Assembly (NCBI GenBank): GCA_008369845.1
Contig: MRSU01003007.1
Span: 1-64,000 of the forward strand
Origin: Trichomonas gallinae
Lineage: Eukaryota
Direction of reading: 5' to 3'
Length of the DNA stretch: 64,000 nt
Each line of letters starts with the position of its first letter. The stretch's first letter is position 1. The notes beneath the pieces were generated by a model. The model was given only the letters and a program-made list of their open reading frames with translations, ran no database searches and was not told the origin of the DNA. Positions 56,103 through 64,000 of the stretch are shown piece by piece. The position numbers and the translations under genes were made by a program.

Positions 56103-57161
56103 ATGACAACTGTTCGAGAGATTCTTCCTGAACTAACAGAGCTTCTTAATAACCCTTCAGTCGATAAAAAGCTGGACACTATATGCGGCAAGATACACGG
56201 ACGTTTTTTCGATCCCGAAGATGTTATTAATTTCTATGAATCATGCGCTAAAGTTTTCGATAAAAATGATATGGTAGAGGTATTCAGACACACCCACTTA
56301 TCGTCGAAATTCGATATCGCGAGGACCGTCCGGCTTCTAGAAACGTTCAAAACAACATTAGATTTTCCAATCCTCGAATATTTTCAAAACTACTTCATGA
56401 TACTTGTCGGACAGCTCGATGAGATGGCAAATGCGATCGGAGAATTCAAGTGCATTACATCTGATCTGAAAAAGAAAATTAAAGAGAAAGAAAAACAATT
56501 GGACTCACTCAGCCAAATAGTTGCTGAACAAAGCAAGCAAATCGAAAGACAGAAGCAAATTACAGAGAAAATTCAACAAATCGATAGATCTATTATAACT
56601 GTTCGCAATGCATTGATGAATCCAGTCCTTAATGAGATAGATACAATCAGATCTTTGCCAAAAGACCAACAAAATCAGTCCAGGCTCTTCAATTTATTCC
56701 ATTCAATCGGAACTGACCCAGATCTCATTAAAGTTGCAGTTAATTGCAACTCTAACCAATTCTCAAGCGAAATCGTCGACTACAACGTCTTATTTGAAGC
56801 AATTCGCCAAGGAGATATGCCATTATTGCAAAATCTTATTCAAGCAGGCGCAAACGTTAATGTAAGAGATTTCATGGGCAACAATCTCATCCACGCAGCT
56901 GTTTTAAGCGGCAGATACGAAATGCTTGAATATTTGATTTCATTGAAGAGAATTGATATCAATGAGACAAATAAAATGGGCAACACGGCTTTGCACATCG
57001 CTGCAATGTATTCAGCTCCAGATCTAGTGGATTTGATCTGCAACACGCCAGGAGTTATAAAGAACTTGAAGAATCGTCAAGGAAAGACTCCAAAGGAATA
57101 TATCAAACATGGAGATACGGAGTTGTGCAAAACGATCTTCGAAATACATCTCACTGATTAA
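56103..57161 (+). CDS. Coiled-coil plus C-terminal ankyrin-repeat protein (352 aa)
   Basis: LIQAGANVNVRDFMGNNLIHAA, GNTALHIAA and GKTP repeats; TCATTTT Inr. Confidence 0.9.
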   Translation: MTTVREILPELTELLNNPSVDKKLDTICGKIHGRFFDPEDVINFYESCAKVFDKNDMVEVFRHTHLSSKFDIARTVRLLETFKTTLDFPILEYFQNYFMILVGQLDEMANAIGEFKCITSDLKKKIKEKEKQLDSLSQIVAEQSKQIERQKQITEKIQQIDRSIITVRNALMNPVLNEIDTIRSLPKDQQNQSRLFNLFHSIGTDPDLIKVAVNCNSNQFSSEIVDYNVLFEAIRQGDMPLLQNLIQAGANVNVRDFMGNNLIHAAVLSGRYEMLEYLISLKRIDINETNKMGNTALHIAAMYSAPDLVDLICNTPGVIKNLKNRQGKTPKEYIKHGDTELCKTIFEIHLTD

Positions 57162-57704
57162 CTTGTAAATAAAATTTATTTTATATTAATTCTACGCTAT
57201 TAAATTTAATATACTTCAAACTATATCGTCTATAACAAGTATGTTATTGATATTACCCTTAAAATTTCCTAAAAATTAATTTTGAGTATTTAAAATATCT
57301 GAATTTTTGATCCATTCTTCGAATATAAGAGTTATAACACATAATGATGCGTATTCTGTATTTTTGATGTTTATAAACAATATAAAATGATTATTTTTAT
57401 CAACTTGATTTATTTTAATAAAATTCATTTTTCCTGAGAAGGAGACATTATCAGATATATTTAAATAATAAAATTTATTATATTATTAATTTTCTAATAA
57501 ATTCACAAGTCAAATATGATTTGCTCAAATCATTTGAACATTTAATCTAATTATATTAAAGATATTGGCCATTTTAATAGTTGACAATAAAAGCTTTAAT
57601 ATAAACTAAATATTGTATTTTTTTCTATTGATATTATAGAGAATTTTTATGAAATCGTTTTGATTTCAATGTTGTGAATTGGGAAGTATAATAAACAAAA
57701 CAAG

Positions 57705-59213
57705 TTATTTGAGTTTAGTCAATGGGAAAGTATATGAAACAAAAAGGAGACCAAAAGCAAAAGATGCGAAAATCGCAACTAAATATACTACGACAACTAT
57801 GCCAATAAATAGCAGAGTCATATTCAAAACAGAGAAGAATGATTTGTAAGCACTATTCAAATAAATAAGACCAAGAATTTCCAAAATCACCAAAATTGAA
57901 ATAAAATTCGCCTCAGATGTAATGCAGGACAGCCACGACTCTGTCTCTGATTTAACTGCAAGAGCAGTCTTCATTATAGCAGGAATGGAAATCGCAGCTA
58001 CAAGAACTAACAAACTTGGAAACATTAGTTGATAGTTTGGCCTTATATTGTTGTATGAATTAGTGATTACATCATTAATAGCAGGGAAAATCAAAACAGC
58101 TGCAATAGTGCACATTATATAAGTCCATATCGTCCAGATTCTAGATTTCATTCTATCTTTTGGAATAACTGGCTGCTTAACTCCTTCTGAGCGTCTCATT
58201 CTTATATATAACCACAAAACATGATGTACGATGAATAAAGCGGCAATAAAGAAGAAAATATCTCCCAAAATTGAAAAAATCATATTTGGGCCTCTAAACA
58301 TATCAAGAATCAAATTCAACAATGTTAAAACTCTATGTGGGAAGACAAAGAACAAATAAGGGCAAACAGCTGGAGAAAAAATCTCTGCATGACCAACTAA
58401 ATCGCCAAAACATCTGCAAACGTAAGCAATAAATGGAGACGTTATGAAAACGCAAAATAGCAAAGAATTGTAAATCAATGTGTTGCTTATCTCGTTGTCT
58501 CCAATAAAATATGATACACAAAATATAAATGCAATAAAAGTTAAACCTGTTTGCACGAAAAACGTCATATTTGGATAAGATCTAGTTTTTCCCCATACAA
58601 TTCCAATATCAAATGATTCCATATTTTGAAAATTCTTGCTGTAACAAACAATCATCATCACTGCAATGGCGAACAATATAACTGAAACTGTATATAGTAT
58701 TGATGGTAAAATGTTTGTAGATTCTGTTTCTGAAATTTCAGGTAATATATTCAGCGAGAATGATATATTTAACATTGTGTCTGGTTTTACTAGTTGTAAT
58801 TCACTTGGGATAACTTGGAATTGATCACTATTTTTAGGATATTTTATTTGAAAGTGTGTGAAAATGCGAATATCATTTCCTTGCTTAGAAAATATAGGTG
58901 ATAGTGACATAGTATGATTATAGTAAAATGTTAGAAATGAATTTGGTTTCAATACCGAATTAAATTTTTTCAGGTGCTCTTCATTAACAAATAAGTGACA
59001 ATGATCATAATACTGTGTACCATTTTCATATGTTTGGTTGAACTTTAAAGGAATTTTTCTTTCCGTATAAGAATATTGAATTTCAATTTTTTTATTTGGG
59101 CAAATATGGAATCCAGGAAGTTTGCCACTCATATATGGATTGATAGGCGTATTAATAGCACCAAAATAAAATGTTTCATTCGCTGATTCTATAAATCTCA
59201 AGAAAAGAAACAT
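57705..59213 (-). CDS. Divergent TM9SF/EMP70-like multi-pass membrane protein
   Basis: Short hydrophobic N-terminus, ~165-aa soluble domain (IFTHFQIKY, NISFSLNI), then about nine hydrophobic segments and a short basic tail (TKLK); ATG at 59213. Confidence 0.65.
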   Translation of the reverse strand: MFLFLRFIESANETFYFGAINTPINPYMSGKLPGFHICPNKKIEIQYSYTERKIPLKFNQTYENGTQYYDHCHLFVNEEHLKKFNSVLKPNSFLTFYYNHTMSLSPIFSKQGNDIRIFTHFQIKYPKNSDQFQVIPSELQLVKPDTMLNISFSLNILPEISETESTNILPSILYTVSVILFAIAVMMIVCYSKNFQNMESFDIGIVWGKTRSYPNMTFFVQTGLTFIAFIFCVSYFIGDNEISNTLIYNSLLFCVFITSPFIAYVCRCFGDLVGHAEIFSPAVCPYLFFVFPHRVLTLLNLILDMFRGPNMIFSILGDIFFFIAALFIVHHVLWLYIRMRRSEGVKQPVIPKDRMKSRIWTIWTYIMCTIAAVLIFPAINDVITNSYNNIRPNYQLMFPSLLVLVAAISIPAIMKTALAVKSETESWLSCITSEANFISILVILEILGLIYLNSAYKSFFSVLNMTLLFIGIVVVVYLVAIFASFAFGLLFVSYTFPLTKLK

Positions 59214-59435
59214 TTTTTTTGACAAATATAAATTTTACACGACAAATTAAATTAATTTCAAAAAATTATGAATTTTATTCATCAAATTTATATTTTACAT
59301 GACAAAAATATTTTCAGTACTTTTCAAAATTTGAATGCTAAAACGGCAGGTTTTATTTGACAAATTTTTTATTTTACATGACAAAAATTATTATTTTAGT
59401 TGACAAAATTTAAATTTATTTGACAAAAAGTTGAG

Positions 59436-60956
59436 CTAATCATTATCAGGTATAATAAGCTCTGGTGCAGGAGGAAGTTCTTCATCATCTTCTCCAGCGC
59501 CAGATTCTTTTGATGACGACATAATGGCATCATCAGGAACCAAGAATGAGAATTGAACTCTGATCCCGGACTTTGGTTCCGTTTGAACAGGTGTTTTGAT
59601 GAATTGTCGAAGAATTTCTGCGTCAGATCCTGCCTTAATCAAAACCATGTCTTGAGTTAATGGTGTTAAGTTTGCTGGAACAGGCGGAGGTTCAGCATCT
59701 GGTGAGAAGTCTGGAATGGAGCTTGAAGCAACTTGTGGCAGTGAGTGCTGGAAGTATTTCTTGTTTTGTGAGTTTGAGTTAGTATTCGTGCGGGATTGCA
59801 AAGAATGAGATTTGTAAGAAATAAAGTTTTGTTTTGAGAGATATCTTGAGTTGAAATTGTGCGTCCTGAGCATAGAGTTTGGATTTGCTGCATCTTCTGC
59901 CCTTTCTATCGATCCAAAGAAATCTGGGCAAAATCTGTGCTGTTCTACCTTGATTTCTGGCGTTGCAAATGGGTCGTTGTTGTTTGTGTACGAAATAGGC
60001 TGCTGGAAGAAGTCTGATGGTGTTTCCATAACATTCGTGTGGTTATTTAGCTTAATTAATGTCGATGGATCAGCTCCATCTGAAATTGTGCCAAGTTTCT
60101 CAAGAGAAACAACATTGAGTGGAGATTCAGCCGGAAAAATGTAAATTGACGTTCTTTTTTCAGGACCAAACGGATATGGCTCAGGTTCTGGTAATGAAGG
60201 CAATTCTTGCCTAAGATCTTCAATAGACAAGAATGTAGATTCATCCCTGACGCGCTTGATTTCCGATTGATAGTTGTGGAGAGTTTCATTGATATTTTCT
60301 ACTTGTGAGATTCTTTCTGAAATCATATCAATGAAATTGTCAGCTTGTGTGTGAACAGTTGAAGCAAAGCCCTCAAGAAATGTTTTGAGTGACTCTAACA
60401 TCGATTCTTCATCGAAATTATTTGTTGAAGTTGCATTCGTGCAAAACTGATCAAGAGCTTTTGCACCTTGATGATGCATCATCTGATTCATTAGTTGTAA
60501 TTCGTTGAATTTATCTTTGAAGCCATAATAATTATCAACAGTGTCCAAATTGATTTCAAATCTCGGCATTGAGTTCTCATCTATTAATTCTTCCTGGCTA
60601 TCGGCGCGTGTCATTGTTTGTTCGGACTCATTCGCTGAAGATTCTGGTAAAACAAAATCTGGTGTTGGAGGAGGAGGCAAAAGAATGTTATCAATATTTT
60701 TCAGGATATCATTAGTGGCTGGGCGAACAGAATTAAAGTTCGAAAGTGAGAATGTTGATACTTTCTTTTCTTCATCATGTTTTTTCAAGTAGTAAATAGT
60801 GTTGTAACGCGATCTAAGCTGCTTAAGATTGCTGTCTGACTGCAAACTCATGAGTGGGAGATCTCCAGCATCTGAGCTGTCGATGCTATCGATACTCGCT
60901 TTCCCTCTCTTCATTTTTTTGACTGATTTGACGGCAAATTTTGATATAGTTTCCAT
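59436..60956 (-). CDS. WASH1-like (WAHD-domain) protein lacking a recognisable VCA (506 aa)
   Basis: EESMLESLKTFLEGF...SERISQVENINETLHNYQSEIKRVR aligns ungapped by eye to the WASH1 N-terminal helix; FGSI...NSMLRTHNFNSRY and VPANLTPLTQDM match later WAHD blocks in order. Confidence 0.55.
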   Translation of the reverse strand: METISKFAVKSVKKMKRGKASIDSIDSSDAGDLPLMSLQSDSNLKQLRSRYNTIYYLKKHDEEKKVSTFSLSNFNSVRPATNDILKNIDNILLPPPPTPDFVLPESSANESEQTMTRADSQEELIDENSMPRFEINLDTVDNYYGFKDKFNELQLMNQMMHHQGAKALDQFCTNATSTNNFDEESMLESLKTFLEGFASTVHTQADNFIDMISERISQVENINETLHNYQSEIKRVRDESTFLSIEDLRQELPSLPEPEPYPFGPEKRTSIYIFPAESPLNVVSLEKLGTISDGADPSTLIKLNNHTNVMETPSDFFQQPISYTNNNDPFATPEIKVEQHRFCPDFFGSIERAEDAANPNSMLRTHNFNSRYLSKQNFISYKSHSLQSRTNTNSNSQNKKYFQHSLPQVASSSIPDFSPDAEPPPVPANLTPLTQDMVLIKAGSDAEILRQFIKTPVQTEPKSGIRVQFSFLVPDDAIMSSSKESGAGEDDEELPPAPELIIPDND

Positions 60957-61401
60957 TATAGTATTTATTTCACAGAATTTTTTTTTTCATTTCGGAATGA
61001 TTTTTTCAAAATTATCAAAATTGAACAATATTTGATTTGGATATCAACATATCTTTCCAAATAATGATGAAATTTAAAATCCAAATTCTTCAAATCATAA
61101 ATTATTGAAGTTGAAAAATATTAATCCTAGTTTCTACCTCGAACAAGCAAAATCAAGTTCTTTTCCATGAGAATAGAATCATTCATAATCACATTATCCT
61201 ATAAAATCTAATTTTAAATTCAAAATTAGTCTAATTTAATTCATAACGAGAATTCAGTTGCCACACAGAAAGATAAAAGTAAAACATATGTTAAAATCAG
61301 TTAAATTAATATTGTTAACTGATGATAATGAATTTGACAATTTCAATTTACATGACAAGCTATAAAAATGTCAAATTATTTAGTTTCCGCAAGTTTATTA
61401 C

Positions 61402-61417
61402 GGGCGCGTAAGCGCCC
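61402..61417. other. Perfect GC-rich hairpin GGGCGC-GTAA-GCGCCC
   Basis: 6-bp all-GC stem with a GNRA loop in very AT-rich intergenic DNA. Confidence 0.6.
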
Positions 61418-61730
61418 TAAAAATGTGCGAAATCTTTAATTATGAGACTTATGATTATTTCCACTTTAAATCGCATTGAAATTTGAATTGAAAATAATCG
61501 TATGATTTAAATTTAATTGAATTAGGGCGTAAGAACATATGTCGGGCCCTTATATAAATTATCATTGTGGGCATACATAATTATAATCTGAAAATGGGGC
61601 AAAACCATGCAAGATGCGACTTTCAAATATGAAATGAATTTGCAAAATGAAATATGTTTGACAAATAAATAATTTACGTGACAAATGATATAAAACTTAT
61701 TTGTAAAATGGACGTTTTTAAAATAAAAAT

Positions 61731-61931
61731 ATGTCAGCTCCAGAAGAGCAGCTTCCAACACAGCCAGAAGATCTCGCAAATTTCATGGATCAGATCTTCT
61801 CACAGATGGAGTCCAAATTCACAGATATGGCCCAGCAAGTTCTCAAGAGAATCGACGAAATGTCTTCAAAGATTAATGAACTCGAAAGCTCCATCGACAC
61901 CCTCATGCAACAGGCTGAGCAGGACAAATAA
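61731..61931 (+). CDS. HSBP1: Heat shock factor binding protein 1 (66 aa)
   Basis: DLANFMDQIFSQMESKFTDMAQQVLKRIDEMSSKINELESSIDTLMQQA matches the HSBP1 coiled-coil consensus. Confidence 0.9.
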   Translation: MSAPEEQLPTQPEDLANFMDQIFSQMESKFTDMAQQVLKRIDEMSSKINELESSIDTLMQQAEQDK

Positions 61932-62188
61932 ATACAGTTTCCATTTTTATTTTTATATTAAAAAGCTATGTGTTCTGCATATATTATTTCCTTTTTACAA
62001 ATTCCGCAATTTCCTAATCATATCATATAAAGCACCCCAAATATATCATAATATCTTAATGCGAATTCTATTTTAACTTAATAATTTTTTTGAATAGAAA
62101 AATAATTTGTTTTTGGACGTAAGAAGTTGTAGAAAAATTCACATTTAGTTCTAAAATTTAAATAAAAGTGTTTAAAATAAATAAAGAA

Positions 62189-63835
62189 TTATTCTTGATC
62201 ATAATCATCTCCATCTGCGGACTTAATTGCTTCAATTGTGTTCTGGATATATTTAGTAATCTCAGCAACTCTCTTTCTGTTTCTCTCTAAGTCTGTTTGT
62301 TTGGCTGTGCTGATCATCTGTTCAATTCTCTGCTTATAAGCATTACCTATACCTTCTTCGCGCTTATATATCTTAGTATTTCTGTGTTCATTGGATGCCT
62401 GTATAGTTGAAGTCATTGCATCCTTATCGACCAATATAGATCTAACTTCATCCGAAACTTCTACGGCTTCACCCTGGTTGAATCTTTCCCAGAGCTTCAT
62501 GCAGATATCATTAACCTTTTCGTTGTATTCGCTGTTCAAGTTTCGAAGTGTACCAAAGAATAAAGCGATTTTTTCTGAAATTACATTAATTCTTTCATCA
62601 AGTTCGAGTTCGTAAGCTCTAATCATCTCAGCGACCATATCAACAAGTGCGAATTCACTTGTAAGCAGCTCATCTTCCGTTTTCGTAATTTCATCCATAA
62701 TCTTCTGTGATTCATCTTCTTCGAGCTGTGCTTCTTCCTCATTCATTGTTTCCGCTTTAGATGCTTCAATGAGGAATGCGCGACGCTTCCTGTCCAGTCT
62801 CTTAACGACCTGGATCATCTGCTGCTGATTTTCTTCAGTAACTTTCTTGTAAGCTGAGTTAAACAGCTCCTCCTCCATCTTGAGTGAGTGCGCCTGTGCG
62901 ATTATATCGGCCACGAACCCGTTCGTAGCTTTAGTGATATCATCTGTGAAAAGAGCCGTCGGTTCGCCGAGTTCGCGAATTGTATTTAATTTCTGGTAAT
63001 CGTTGTCGCCTTTGAACAAAGAAGTGTTGAGATCTGATATCTTGATGAGGAAGGCGTCGCTGAGTGTCTTCTTTTGCGCTTCTTCCGCTCTCGCGCGATC
63101 TTTATATTGTTTATCTGTGTCTTCCGCCTGTTGAAGAGTATTGAGCTGATCAGAGAGACGCTCGCGGGCATCCTGAATGTCGTTCTTAGTTACGCGAACG
63201 TAATCCAAGAAATGGAGGTTTTGCAAATATGCAAGAACCGTTAACTTGCAGATATCTTTAGATGCGATCGGATTGCCGACGAGAGTGAGAATTCTGAGTG
63301 ATTTGATTTTGTAGAGGTTTTGAACTTCACTGAGTTCAGAGATATTATTTCTTCCGAGAGAAAGGAAGCGAAGCTTCGGCAGCTCTGGGAATTCGTCTAA
63401 TCTGGTGATCTTGTTCTTGAAGAGCGACAGTTCTTCCAGATTGACTAAAGGCGTAAGGCCTTCGAATGGATTGAAGGGGTGACCTTCGTCATCTATGTCG
63501 TTGATTTGGTTGAATGATAAATCGAGCTTGGTAAGTGATGTAAGGACCGCTAAATTTTCGATTTTAGTGATGCAATTATTTGCAAGATACAATTCTTTAA
63601 GTCCTGTATAGCATTGGAGATTGTCAATCCTTCTAATATACATAAAGCATAAGCGGAGAACTTTAATATCCGGTGGTGATAAAGACATTGTAGATTTTCC
63701 TTCATTTCCTGGTTTTTGCGAATCATCGAGCCTCTCTCTCTGAAGATCAGTTAAACCCTCACGTATACCAATCTGCAGAAGGGACTCTTTAATGACGCAT
63801 GGCATTGGTTCGTGAAGCTCCTCTTCGTTCATCAT
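62189..63835 (-). CDS. DRC3: Dynein regulatory complex subunit 3 (LRRC48)
   Basis: N-terminal SDS22-type LRRs (LYLANNCITKIENL, LDLSFNQI), LxGNP cap, and C-terminal LVDKDAM...IYKREE...ERNRKRVAEI block. Confidence 0.85.
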   Translation of the reverse strand: MMNEEELHEPMPCVIKESLLQIGIREGLTDLQRERLDDSQKPGNEGKSTMSLSPPDIKVLRLCFMYIRRIDNLQCYTGLKELYLANNCITKIENLAVLTSLTKLDLSFNQINDIDDEGHPFNPFEGLTPLVNLEELSLFKNKITRLDEFPELPKLRFLSLGRNNISELSEVQNLYKIKSLRILTLVGNPIASKDICKLTVLAYLQNLHFLDYVRVTKNDIQDARERLSDQLNTLQQAEDTDKQYKDRARAEEAQKKTLSDAFLIKISDLNTSLFKGDNDYQKLNTIRELGEPTALFTDDITKATNGFVADIIAQAHSLKMEEELFNSAYKKVTEENQQQMIQVVKRLDRKRRAFLIEASKAETMNEEEAQLEEDESQKIMDEITKTEDELLTSEFALVDMVAEMIRAYELELDERINVISEKIALFFGTLRNLNSEYNEKVNDICMKLWERFNQGEAVEVSDEVRSILVDKDAMTSTIQASNEHRNTKIYKREEGIGNAYKQRIEQMISTAKQTDLERNRKRVAEITKYIQNTIEAIKSADGDDYDQE

Positions 63836-64000
63836 TTTCAGAGTGAAAAAGAACGTTATTATTTTTCTTTCGTTATAAAGCAGTTTTTAGACAAAAATAT
63901 CCGCAAATTTGGAATTATTGTAAGCTATATAATGATATTATCAAATAAAAATCCAAAATTCATTAAAATTTCTCGAATTATACTGATTTTTGACTATTTT

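Noticed and set aside
61522..62076. ORFs 61522-61779 and 61678-62076
   Set aside because: They overlap HSBP1 in other frames, with low-complexity AT-derived composition

Overview
AT-rich, gene-dense, essentially intronless eukaryotic DNA, most consistent with a trichomonad (Trichomonas-like parabasalid). Supporting signs are TCAYW initiator elements just upstream of ATGs, TAAA signals overlapping stop codons, an M3-like GCGGTT element and typical expanded families (Rab, ankyrin, EF-hand-CaaX, nitroreductase). All assignments come from reading the sequence; no database searches were run. About 30 genes are present. Recognisable products: PMCA-type Ca2+ ATPase, tRNA-Glu(CTC), PPP phosphatase, Rab, PP2A B55-like subunit, maspardin-like protein, a compact Dicer-like protein, 40S protein uS14/S29 (missed by the ORF track), nitroreductase, BAR-PH-ArfGAP-ankyrin protein, EF-hand protein, dynein heavy chain, UEV, TM9SF-like protein, a WASH1-like protein, HSBP1 and DRC3. 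Several genes are disrupted. The most interesting observations are: (1) a recurrent promoter-proximal motif TGWCANNTAAA that forms ~20-bp-phased arrays; (2) a 3440-aa dynein heavy chain with no recognisable AAA1 P-loop; (3) a VCA-less WASH1-like gene head-to-head with HSBP1, a known WASH assembly factor; (4) a ~112-bp tandem array between the divergent Dicer-like and rpS29 genes; (5) an ALK/LTK-ectodomain-like gene fragment. No CRISPR array, rRNA or intact transposase was seen.
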